Positions 55,779-64,000 of a stretch of DNA of 64,000 bases are shown here, piece after piece (positions within the stretch are counted from its first letter, which is position 1; each line of letters starts with the position of its first letter). The notes under the pieces were generated by a model. That model searched no databases and was not told the origin of the DNA. It was given only the letters and a program-made list of their open reading frames with translations. Origin of the DNA: a virus; the IMG/VR virus record IMGVR_UViG_3300042905_004067, one strand, 5' to 3'. A program made the translations under genes and the position numbers.

Positions 55779-56222
55779 CTACCGAAATGGATGCTTCTCT
55801 ACCCGTACCAATGGTGTTTCTATCCCCTGTTGCTTCTGTATCTCTCCCCACTTTGCTTGAAAGATAGCATGATTCTTCTCTCCTCTTTCACCAGCATTGG
55901 TCTGATACTGAACCTGTGCGATCTTTGGGTTTGAACGAGCAAAATCAGCCACATGATCCATTGCTGTTCTCAATCTGGCAGATCTGACTTCCTTTGGTAC
56001 ATCAGGTGGTGCAACATCAGTCAACTCCCCTTTGGCATTTGGTACTTGAAAGCCCCAATAGGCTATTCCTTTTTTGGCATCTGTGTGTATTCTTGTATGA
56101 ACACCAGTATCCGAATCCCTATAGAAATGAGTAGAGATATGTGGTGTCTCTTTGTCTGAAGTGACAGAGACTAGATGCGGATGAGTTTCACTCTCTGAGA
56201 GGTATTGCCGAAAAGTGAGCAT
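55779..56222 (-). CDS. Capsid-targeting-leader protein
   Basis: MLTFRQYLSE leader identical to 57710-58228. Confidence 0.65.
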   Translation of the reverse strand: MLTFRQYLSESETHPHLVSVTSDKETPHISTHFYRDSDTGVHTRIHTDAKKGIAYWGFQVPNAKGELTDVAPPDVPKEVRSARLRTAMDHVADFARSNPKIAQVQYQTNAGERGEKNHAIFQAKWGEIQKQQGIETPLVRVEKHPFR

Positions 56223-56273
56223 GAAAATATGTAGTGTGAAGCCGAACGGGTGTCTCTACTCTGTAACCACCAA

Positions 56274-56308
56274 AGAAAAACCCCCTAGATGCTCTCTAGA
56301 GGGGTTAT
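56274..56308 (-). terminator. Intrinsic terminator
   Basis: ACCCC-TAGA..TCTAG-AGGGGT hairpin with A-run on + strand. Confidence 0.6.
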
Positions 56309-56330
56309 TCAATCTGTTTTTTAGTCTATC

Positions 56331-57305
56331 TTATTTCTTACGGGGGGTTCTCATTACCTTACCACCCTTGCCGTATAATGTTTTGGATCTTTTTTCACGT
56401 TGGTTTTGTTTTATCGCGTCGTTTAATGCTGTTCTCGCATCAATAAGATCATCAACGGAATCCGCGAATTCCATTGGCTCGGTGGCTGGTGATACTGTTG
56501 CTTTTTTACCATACATCGCGTTCCAAAGTGCGTTTGAACGTCTACCCAATCGGTTAACGTATTTGGTCCAATCTTTTATTTCAGTTTCCATCTCTGCTGC
56601 ACGTTCAGGAGTCTGTAAGTCTTCTTTCAGTCTTTTCTTCTTTGCTTTTGTTCCCACAATCTTTCCGCCGAGGCCATAAATCTTCGTGGGGTGTTTTCTT
56701 TCGCGTTCGGCTCTCGCTTCTGCCTGATCTTTTGCGGCTACCGCATCAACATAAGCATCAACGGAATCGGGGTAACTAGTATCATATGGATCTACACCGC
56801 CAAACCCTATTCTACCAAGATCACCAACGGTATTGACTTTGTCAACATCAACTCCATATATTTTTTTGTAGATAGCATCCGATCTCTTGCCTAATCTGGT
56901 CGCTTCTCGTCCAAGTCTTCTTACCACGCTGGCGGTCTCTGCTGCACGTTCAGGAGTCTGTATATCCTCTGTCACCGGACGAGTTCCGAGTGGTCTTTTA
57001 GTTGCTGCTTTGGGAAGTTGTCCTCTTTGAGCCATATCGACGGCTCCCGCCGGATCATCAAGATCAAGATCAAGATTTTTTTGGGAACGAGATAGTGGTT
57101 TTTCTGGTTTCACAACTGGATCATCAAGATCAAGCCGTAATTTTCCCACCCTGCGTTTACCTTCTTTAAGAGGTTCAGCACCTAAAATTTCTGTCATTTC
57201 TTGAACAATTGCTTTGAGTTGATTTAACTCATGATTGGCTTCCATGAGTTGTCGTTGAAGTTGATTCTTTTCGTTGATGAGTTTTTGTTGGTAAAAGTAG
57301 TCCAT
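56331..57305 (-). CDS. Putative internal head polyprotein with repeated modules
   Basis: MDYFYQQKLINE leader; EDIQTPERAAET / EDLQTPERAAEM duplicated modules. Confidence 0.6.
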   Translation of the reverse strand: MDYFYQQKLINEKNQLQRQLMEANHELNQLKAIVQEMTEILGAEPLKEGKRRVGKLRLDLDDPVVKPEKPLSRSQKNLDLDLDDPAGAVDMAQRGQLPKAATKRPLGTRPVTEDIQTPERAAETASVVRRLGREATRLGKRSDAIYKKIYGVDVDKVNTVGDLGRIGFGGVDPYDTSYPDSVDAYVDAVAAKDQAEARAERERKHPTKIYGLGGKIVGTKAKKKRLKEDLQTPERAAEMETEIKDWTKYVNRLGRRSNALWNAMYGKKATVSPATEPMEFADSVDDLIDARTALNDAIKQNQREKRSKTLYGKGGKVMRTPRKK

Positions 57306-57683
57306 TTATTTTCCTTTGTTTTTGCGAAGTCGATTGTTTCTTCTCAATAATCCCTCTATGTTCTTTTGTGTGCCTCTTGCACCAATCATTGCGCTCTTCA
57401 GTTCTTCGTCTGATGCTCCTGCCCACGCACCACCTCTTTTGTCTTGAGGTAGTGCCATTTGCCGCATCAATTCGGTTCTTGTCATGTGTGCGCCGCCGAG
57501 CATTGATTTGTTGTATGCTTCGTGACCACCTGGCGCGTCAAGATGAATGTCCATTTGATCCATTGCGGCCGAATCTATGCGATCTAATACCGCGCGTCTT
57601 TTTGGTGTGAGCCTATAGACTTCATCCAATTTCATTTGACGATATGCGTCAGCAACGGCTTTGATTTGTTTATTTGCATCCAT
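57306..57683 (-). CDS. Putative internal head protein
   Basis: MDANKQIKAVADAYRQMKLDE leader. Confidence 0.5.
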   Translation of the reverse strand: MDANKQIKAVADAYRQMKLDEVYRLTPKRRAVLDRIDSAAMDQMDIHLDAPGGHEAYNKSMLGGAHMTRTELMRQMALPQDKRGGAWAGASDEELKSAMIGARGTQKNIEGLLRRNNRLRKNKGK

Positions 57684-57709
57684 GAGTAGATTCCTTGATA
57701 TTTTATTTA

Positions 57710-58228
57710 TCATCCTGCAACCGGCAACCACGGTTCATTCTCTCGTCGTGAACTTCTTGAACCACCGCGATCCAATTCTTTGTCCAATGGAGCCAGGTTC
57801 TTTGCTTCGATGCCTAATCGTCGCGCACCGGCTTGGTAGATGCGGTGTTTTTTTGGATGTGTTGTATCGTAAACTAAAACAGGGGGTTTGCCGTTTTTAT
57901 GAATCTGACTGCTCACAAAATGTGAAAAGTGATCAAATACTCGTTTGGTGACATCTGATGGAAAATCATGAGTTGGATTCTTGCTGTGAGTGCCACCCAC
58001 TGAAAACAAAACTTCCCAATGATGATCCCAGTAGGGCTTTTTTACGAATGATGTGTGTATAGTCTTGTCAGATATGACAAAACCATTTTCTCCTCTTGGT
58101 TTGTGGTGATACACGACATAATCTTCTTTGTCAATAGTTCTATCTGGATGATCCGGGTGTGGTTCCCCTCTATTCGCTGTCTGATTACCACGAAAGATCT
58201 CTGAGAGGTATTGCCGAAAGGTGAGCAT
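57710..58228 (-). CDS. Capsid-targeting-leader protein
   Basis: MLTFRQYLSE; CATAAATA upstream. Confidence 0.65.
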   Translation of the reverse strand: MLTFRQYLSEIFRGNQTANRGEPHPDHPDRTIDKEDYVVYHHKPRGENGFVISDKTIHTSFVKKPYWDHHWEVLFSVGGTHSKNPTHDFPSDVTKRVFDHFSHFVSSQIHKNGKPPVLVYDTTHPKKHRIYQAGARRLGIEAKNLAPLDKELDRGGSRSSRRENEPWLPVAG

Positions 58229-58249
58229 GAAATTATTTATGGTAGGTGT

Positions 58250-58768
58250 TTAGGGATTGCCGAAAGCTTTTCTTCTTCGTTTATCCGCCTCCAGTTTTTT
58301 AGCAATTTCGCCCGCGGCAGATCCTAGAGTGTGTAGTCCGTGTGGTGTTTGTTTTAGGGTGGGCATTTGTTTTTCTTCTCGTCGCCCTTGAGCAATTTCA
58401 GAACCGGCATTTAGTAGTCCACCAAGCAATGCTTTATTACTTGGCAAGTTTTCGATGCCTTTCACTATCCTTTTTCCTACTTGTGTTGCTGCACCAACTA
58501 CTGCGGTTCCTGCTTTAGTGGCGAGATTACTCAGCACACCTTCGTTCACAGGTTCTCCCATTCTCTTTTTTATCATGTTTATGATTCTTTGTTTGTCTTC
58601 ATATTCTTTGGCATATTCACCTGCTTTTTCTGGTGTTCCAAATTTTTTCTCTATTGCTTCGCCAGTTTTAGCCGATTCTGCTTCGTGTGTTCTGAATATA
58701 CGAAGCCGCTTTAGTGCTCTTTGTCCTGCTGGAGTGTCGCCTATTTCGTTTAGTAGTTTTTTGTTCAT
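58250..58768 (-). CDS. Putative internal head protein
   Basis: MNKKLLNE leader, internal PVNE site. Confidence 0.5.
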   Translation of the reverse strand: MNKKLLNEIGDTPAGQRALKRLRIFRTHEAESAKTGEAIEKKFGTPEKAGEYAKEYEDKQRIINMIKKRMGEPVNEGVLSNLATKAGTAVVGAATQVGKRIVKGIENLPSNKALLGGLLNAGSEIAQGRREEKQMPTLKQTPHGLHTLGSAAGEIAKKLEADKRRRKAFGNP

Positions 58769-59436
58769 GGGTTTTCCTTTTTTGGTTGTTCTGGGTGATG
58801 TATTAAAAGCCAATAGTACCCAGATTGATGACCACCGCCCGAAGTCGATGAATATACTGTGTTATGGTGTTCTGGCTTATCTGGATCGTAATCATGTATG
58901 CGTTCTCCTGTTCGTGTATTCAAGGCACTTACTTTTCCCATTTTTGCCAAATTTTTCCAAACATTTTGCCCGCCTCTGGATTGTCGGGCGCCACTAACGA
59001 CAGGCATATTCAAATGCTGTGATATCATTTTATAAACATGAGATGGCAATCCAGACACCCTGGCTTTCTTTCCACTATGACTTAATTGAAACAATGGATG
59101 TTGAGACACCAAATGTTTTGGGAGGTTCATAAAACCTGGTTTTTCTTCCGAAAAAGTAACTACTCCAACTCGGTTGCCTTTATGAGTAACAACAGCATGA
59201 TGTTGCCTGTATATGTGGCCGCCAATTGATCCAACCATTTCAGTGGGGACATGATGGACTTCATATGGTCCAATTTCTCCTATTTTCTTTAAAGGAGTAT
59301 CACCTTTGGCTGCATCCAAAGATTTTAATCTTTGGCGAAGGTCTGCCGCTCTAAATGCCTTATCCTCTTTGCTTTGCTCGTACTCATCATCAAGATAAGG
59401 CATATCTTCTGAAATAAATTGCTTGAATCTCAACAT
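58765..59436 (-). CDS. GNAT-like protein with capsid-targeting leader
   Basis: MLRFKQFISE-DMPY; IGPYEVHH; QSRGGQNVWKNL. Confidence 0.55.
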   Translation of the reverse strand: MLRFKQFISEDMPYLDDEYEQSKEDKAFRAADLRQRLKSLDAAKGDTPLKKIGEIGPYEVHHVPTEMVGSIGGHIYRQHHAVVTHKGNRVGVVTFSEEKPGFMNLPKHLVSQHPLFQLSHSGKKARVSGLPSHVYKMISQHLNMPVVSGARQSRGGQNVWKNLAKMGKVSALNTRTGERIHDYDPDKPEHHNTVYSSTSGGGHQSGYYWLLIHHPEQPKKENP

Positions 59437-59460
59437 AGAAGTATGTAGAATACTAAAACT

Positions 59461-60057
59461 ATGACTGACTACGAACCCCTAGACTACCGCCTACGCTGCC
59501 ATACCAAGCGCACCGATCTCCCTTCTGATGTTCTGCGGGACATTGGTGAGGCGTATGAATACATCAACGACTTGCAGAAGCGCATTCAGATGCTCAGGGA
59601 TGGCTTTGAGGGTTCCTGCACAGCCTGTGAGCCTGTTGGCGAGATGAACAAGAAGTTGCGTGAGGAGCGGGATGAAGCGAGGCGGGAAGTCTGTGGCTTT
59701 CACCATTTGACAGGATTCCTTGCGGGTGACTATGCCAATTCGCGTGGTTGGGATTGCTTCAAGGATCATCCAAGAGGACTTGGATTTCCACCGTCTGTCA
59801 ATGACTTCAAGATATTCCTTGAGGGTCAGGATAAGATTTTATTGGAGAAGATTGACCGTTTGACCGCCGAGCGCGACAAGGCGAGGAAAAATGTATTGGA
59901 ATTGATGCACCCCGACTCTAGACACGGGTATATCACTGCAATGGAATGGGATTGTTTCAATACTCCCGAAGTCAAGGTTGACAAGACGTTGAATGGTGTT
60001 ATAGTTGATGGTGGCAAAGCAGTTCCACCTAAGTACGAGGATCTAGACAATGTGTAA
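59461..60057 (+). CDS. Hypothetical protein (ERDEARR coiled-coil repeats)
   Basis: Two ERD.AR..WDCF modules; higher GC than flanks. Confidence 0.55.
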   Translation: MTDYEPLDYRLRCHTKRTDLPSDVLRDIGEAYEYINDLQKRIQMLRDGFEGSCTACEPVGEMNKKLREERDEARREVCGFHHLTGFLAGDYANSRGWDCFKDHPRGLGFPPSVNDFKIFLEGQDKILLEKIDRLTAERDKARKNVLELMHPDSRHGYITAMEWDCFNTPEVKVDKTLNGVIVDGGKAVPPKYEDLDNV

Positions 60058-60421
60058 CAAGATGACCAGAGAGCGTTGGCTTGAACTCATGCAGCCCTAT
60101 GCAGAGAACGATGGCATCAACCTGACTCCCGAAGAGATTGAGGCTGGATGGCATTGGTGCGAGGAGTGGGACGGGCTGCTCATTCATGTTGATGACGATG
60201 AGTTTCTGTGTTGCTGTACTTGCTCTTGGATGGACAAGTTCCGCACTCCTGAACGCATGAAGGCGTATGAGGAGCGCATGGAGAAGCGGTACAAGCAACA
60301 GGAAGCAATGGACAAGATAGCAAAGTTGGATGAGGAGTTGGGGTTGAATCCGGGACAGGATGCCTTGGACTACTTTTCTAATCTGAAATACAATCCAAAC
60401 GAAACTCGGGGCAGTGAATGA
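60050..60421 (+). CDS. Hypothetical protein
   Basis: GWHWCEEWDGL motif; overlaps previous stop. Confidence 0.55.
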   Translation: MCNKMTRERWLELMQPYAENDGINLTPEEIEAGWHWCEEWDGLLIHVDDDEFLCCCTCSWMDKFRTPERMKAYEERMEKRYKQQEAMDKIAKLDEELGLNPGQDALDYFSNLKYNPNETRGSE

Positions 60422-60747
60422 ACGAAAACACGATTAGTGATCAAAAAACTATAATTGCAGAATTGAATAATGAAATTCAAATTCTTCGCAAAGAAACGTT
60501 TATTCAAGCAAGCAAAATTGATGAACTAAACAAAGAAGTAACTCGTCTTATTTCTATGTTTATAAACATGAAATCCGAAAAAAATGTTTGAGCAAATACC
60601 ATTTTTTTGGTTCATGTGTATAACGTTTTCTGTACCAATTTGTTTAGTAATTGTCGAAACAATAATTTTTCTCTTAAAAGAGAAAGATCGTCATTTCTGA
60701 CGATCCTTCCCCAAACTTAAGTTGTTTTGTTTTTAAAGTAACCCTTA

Positions 60748-61152
60748 TTATTTATTGTCTTTGTTTAAAAGATGGTTGATGTTCTTCAATTCATCTTTGT
60801 GGTGATTTTTTTCTGCTGTAGTTTTTGCAGTATTAATTTTGTTTTCATATTTTGACTTCAACCCACGCAATTTTATCTTATTTAATTTTTTGAGTTGATC
60901 TAAAGTATGACTTTCATTTATTTTTTTTTTACGAAGAAGTTTGAAGTCTTCAGCATCAATTTTGTTATTCTTATTGGCATCAATTTTATGTTGTTTGCCT
61001 TTTAGTTCTTCTTCAATTTGAGTTTTGGCAAAAAACTCTTTATAAAAGGCAAGTTCTTCTTCTAAGTTTGCCATTTTTTTATTTGCCATATAGAGTTTTT
61101 TCTCTAATTCGTTTTTTTCGTTTATGATTTTCTTTTGTAGGAATAGGTCCAT
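60748..61152 (-). CDS. Putative internal head protein
   Basis: MDLFLQKKIINE leader like 56331; QHKIDANKNNKIDAEDFKLLR segment; AAGGAG SD. Confidence 0.55.
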   Translation of the reverse strand: MDLFLQKKIINEKNELEKKLYMANKKMANLEEELAFYKEFFAKTQIEEELKGKQHKIDANKNNKIDAEDFKLLRKKKINESHTLDQLKKLNKIKLRGLKSKYENKINTAKTTAEKNHHKDELKNINHLLNKDNK

Positions 61153-61216
61153 ACGTTTCTCCTTGAATACATTATTTATCATTTGATTTTTTCTACAATT
61201 TTAGTATAATTGATTT

Positions 61217-61696
61217 ATGACAAAGATTGATCATATTCGACATTCTATTATTTTTGCTATTAAAAATAGCATCAACGAATGCAAAAAGCGAATTAGAGAT
61301 ATATCAGGAACAAAGGAAGCACATTACGCCTTGATGTTTCTTGGTGAAATTACTTCAACACTAGAACTTTCTCTTGAAGAAATTACCTTGCTTGAGAGCG
61401 AACTCGAACGGCTTCGAAAGAGTAATTCTGACCTTTCAAGCAAATGTGCGGTTCTTGAAAAGACAATGTTGGAGGCCCAACAGAATCTGTTGGAAGCCCA
61501 ACAAAAGAATACAAAACTTCAAGAATTTAATCACGCTCAGGCTATTGAAATCACTGGATTGTGGAAGAAACCCTACCCAAAAAAAAAGTACATTTACCCT
61601 ACATTCCTGTCAGATGAAGATGAAGAGTATGAGTATAAACAAACCGATTCAATAGTCAACATAAAGACAAAAACAAGTTACGCTTTAGATGCATAA
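61217..61696 (+). CDS. Coiled-coil hypothetical protein
   Basis: Follows TTGATT-N16-TATAAT, leaderless. Confidence 0.55.
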   Translation: MTKIDHIRHSIIFAIKNSINECKKRIRDISGTKEAHYALMFLGEITSTLELSLEEITLLESELERLRKSNSDLSSKCAVLEKTMLEAQQNLLEAQQKNTKLQEFNHAQAIEITGLWKKPYPKKKYIYPTFLSDEDEEYEYKQTDSIVNIKTKTSYALDA

Positions 61697-61698
61697 AT

Positions 61699-61729
61699 AA
61701 AAACCCTCCGATTTCTCGGAGGGTTTTTT
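61699..61729. terminator. Bidirectional intrinsic terminator
   Basis: AAAAACCCTCCGA-TTTC-TCGGAGGGTTTTTT. Confidence 0.85.
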
Positions 61730-61745
61730 GTGGGCAAAATTAAAT

Positions 61746-61916
61746 TTACTTACCGACAAAAAGACTTACAACGTTATGTGCAACGTTTTGAACAACACCT
61801 ACACCTGAAACAACAAAAGGTAGGAGGGCAAGAGCAAGCGCCCAATGCCAAACGTTCTTCCAGCAAAAACCACAGGGTACGCAAGACTTCTTAGTAGTAC
61901 AAGTTTCTTCAGCCAT
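61746..61916 (-). CDS. 56-aa membrane protein (MAEETCTTKKSCVPCGFCWKNVWHWALALALLPF...)
   Basis: Hand-translated; AAGGAG SD; one hydrophobic helix. Confidence 0.6.
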   Translation of the reverse strand: MAEETCTTKKSCVPCGFCWKNVWHWALALALLPFVVSGVGVVQNVAHNVVSLFVGK

Positions 61917-62020
61917 TTTAAAATCTCCTTAAAGTCCCCTATCAGGGGAGGTAGGATATATATCGCTATAGTTTTCAATTTGTCGTTTAAAATACATAGA
62001 TTACAGGCACAGGTGCTAAA

Positions 62021-62590
62021 ATGAACGAAAATTTAAAAAATCAATACAAAGAACTCGTAGAGTCTCGCATGAAAGAAACCATGTTGAAGGCGATGGAACG
62101 TCCAGACATAGTAATAACAAAAAAAGCCAGATTAGAAGCAGCACAAAAAACTCATGCTGCAATTACAAAAGCCATAGACTCTGATAAAATTGTAACAATC
62201 AGAGTAAGACAAACACCAGACTTTGAAGCACCAGCCACAGATCACAATTTAGTAAAACATCAGGGAACATTGATGTTGGTTGATCCAAGGGGAAGAGGAC
62301 ACGTTGTTTCTCAATTAGCACCATCTGAAAGCGGACACATCACCGTTTACTTCAAGGAAAAAGGTGGTCGAGCAAAAAAACCACTACATCTTCACGCTGG
62401 TACTGGTGCCGTGGGTGACATGCTTGAGACAGAAAAAGAAGCATCTCCATATCGTGTTTCTCTTGTTGGTGGAAAACACGAATTTAGAGGACTACCAGAT
62501 CTTTCCGAACAGTTTAACGAAGAAGCAAATTTAGTTCGGATTATGAATCGTTTGGAAGAAGCACTAATTAAAAAAAAAATAGTGGATTAA
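62021..62590 (+). CDS. Putative internal head protein, probably fused to downstream lysozyme by frameshift
   Basis: ELVE, FNEE, LEE sites; ends in an A10 run. Confidence 0.55.
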   Translation: MNENLKNQYKELVESRMKETMLKAMERPDIVITKKARLEAAQKTHAAITKAIDSDKIVTIRVRQTPDFEAPATDHNLVKHQGTLMLVDPRGRGHVVSQLAPSESGHITVYFKEKGGRAKKPLHLHAGTGAVGDMLETEKEASPYRVSLVGGKHEFRGLPDLSEQFNEEANLVRIMNRLEEALIKKKIVD

Positions 62591-62658
62591 AGACGCTAGT
62601 AACCGGAACTGCTCTTGGTCTTGGACTCGGTGGTTCTATTATTGCCGGTCACCGCGCA

Positions 62659-63246
62659 ATGACTGCACCATCGGTTTCATCTAAAACACAAATAACTCAA
62701 CCACAATCTAAAATTGGTTCTGGTAAGGTAGAATCAAAAACAAAAGAAGAAACACCAACAAGTAGAGCACATGAAATTGCTGCTGATTTGATCAAAGGAC
62801 ACGAATCTTTTAGATCAAAAGCATACAACCATGACGGTGTTTGGACTATAGGTTATGGAAATACTCGCTATTCCGATGGTAGAGCAGTTCAGGCGGGAGA
62901 CACTATAACACACGAAACCGCGTTAAAAGAGCACGAACACCACATACACAACGTTGTTATTCCAAAATTACAATCAAAAATACCACATTGGCATTCAATG
63001 AATGATCATCAAAAAGCGGCATTAATCAGTTTTTCCTATAACGCAGGAGAAAATTTTTATGGTCATAAAAACTTTGGAACTATAACTCATGCATTGAGTC
63101 ACCCAGATAACTGGCACAAAGTTCCTGCTGCTTTGAATTTGTATAATAAAGGATTTGATGTAAAACAAAATAAAGTCACCGTTCTTCGGGGCCTTGTAAG
63201 AAGACGCGGCGAAGAGGGTGCTTTATTTTCTAAACCAATTAATTGA
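62659..63246 (+). CDS. GH24 lysozyme
   Basis: HESFRSKAY..DGVWTIGYG..ALISFSYNAG..GLVRRRGEEGALF. Confidence 0.9.
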   Translation: MTAPSVSSKTQITQPQSKIGSGKVESKTKEETPTSRAHEIAADLIKGHESFRSKAYNHDGVWTIGYGNTRYSDGRAVQAGDTITHETALKEHEHHIHNVVIPKLQSKIPHWHSMNDHQKAALISFSYNAGENFYGHKNFGTITHALSHPDNWHKVPAALNLYNKGFDVKQNKVTVLRGLVRRRGEEGALFSKPIN

Positions 63247-63475
63247 GTTCTAGAACGGAACCAGTTGACAAGGTAATTCCGTAAACAGATACTGGAATTA
63301 CCGTAACAGTTCCAGCAAGACCAGTTACTCCTAAAGAACCAGTAGAAACCCAGTTTCCACCGGACATTCCCTGAAATTCTACTATTGCACTAGCGGCACC
63401 AACCAACATGATACCCTTATTCTTCTTTAGTTTTCCGCTTGCGCCTATAAGTCTAGCACTTTTGTAAATATCCAT
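63239..63475 (-). CDS. Small late structural-like protein
   Basis: TATACATA upstream (63503-63510), GAGG SD. Confidence 0.55.
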   Translation of the reverse strand: MDIYKSARLIGASGKLKKNKGIMLVGAASAIVEFQGMSGGNWVSTGSLGVTGLAGTVTVIPVSVYGITLSTGSVLELN

Positions 63476-63502
63476 TTTGCGTATTCCTCGTTGATGTAAA
63501 AG

Positions 63503-63519
63503 TATGTATACTATAAATA
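63503..63519. promoter_or_regulatory. Back-to-back late promoters (TATACATA on -, TATAAATA on +)
   Basis: Between divergent genes. Confidence 0.65.
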
Positions 63520-63535
63520 AATGCGGAGATTCTAC

Positions 63536-64000
63536 ATGGACACATCAAAACAGAAGTCAATTTTAAACGTTGTTAATCAAATTGTAAACAAGCAAGAACC
63601 CTCTTTTCCAGAGGAATTTCATGTTATTGCAGAACAACTAGAAAAGACTATGAATCAGTTTGAGGAAAAGTTTCAAGTCAAATTAACCGAAGATCAAGAG
63701 GATTATTTGACGGAGGTTGGAATTGCTCGTTTCATGAGCGAAACACCAGTAGAATCCGTAGAACTTAGCGAAAACATAGATGAACTTATAAACGAATACG
63801 AACCAGTTGATGTATTTAAGATTATGTTAGAAGCAAACATGTCTGGTATGATTGCCAGAGGTAGAGCAATGCGCGCCAGACTTGCAAAAGATCCATCAAA
63901 AAAATCGGGAGATGAGGAAGATCAACAGCAAGGATCAGATGGAGAAGAAACCGCAAATGTATACGGGTTTCAATATCAAAATTTAGCACAAGCAAGCAGC
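63536..64000 (+). CDS. Acidic prohead core/internal-type protein (partial)
   Basis: MDTSKQKSIL..; many LxE/IxE sites; open to window end. Confidence 0.55.
   Translation, partial: MDTSKQKSILNVVNQIVNKQEPSFPEEFHVIAEQLEKTMNQFEEKFQVKLTEDQEDYLTEVGIARFMSETPVESVELSENIDELINEYEPVDVFKIMLEANMSGMIARGRAMRARLAKDPSKKSGDEEDQQQGSDGEETANVYGFQYQNLAQASS

Noticed and set aside
1-64000. Stop-codon reassignment (alternative genetic code)
   Set aside because: Conserved genes are full length and densely packed under the standard code, and no suppressor tRNA was seen.

Overview
This window is part of a large T4-like myovirus genome; no host DNA is evident. 1-27.4 kb is an AT-rich virion module: Cys-rich GACC-repeat and tail-fibre-like genes, a trypsin-like tail protein, gp8/gp7/gp6/gp25/giant hub/gp53/gp48, gp4, gp54, gp26, a gp51-like frame, then gp32 and gp33. 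27.4-40 kb is a translation and nucleotide accessory region with a permuted two-piece tmRNA, 9 tRNAs including tRNA-Ile(UAU), an atypical tRNA-Cys-like element, several unannotated structured RNAs, a SpoU methylase, PurA, GuaC and a DenV-like glycosylase. 40-45 kb and 55.8-64 kb hold many late-promoter genes whose unrelated payload domains (nucleotidyltransferase, GNAT-like, HExxH, ParB-like, lysozyme) start with a T4-style capsid-targeting leader ending in Glu. This points to a modular set of virion-packaged, injected effectors. Between them, 45.2-54.4 kb is a sharply GC-rich early island (Gp88-like, kinase-like, acidic protein, MoxR ATPase and VWA partner). It has 17-bp-spacer sigma70 promoters, a repeated operator-like motif and a G-rich GGGAGTCCC array at its left edge. 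Two probable -1 frameshifts were found (gp26/gp51 and ORF62021/lysozyme). All family calls come from motif recognition by eye, not database searches.
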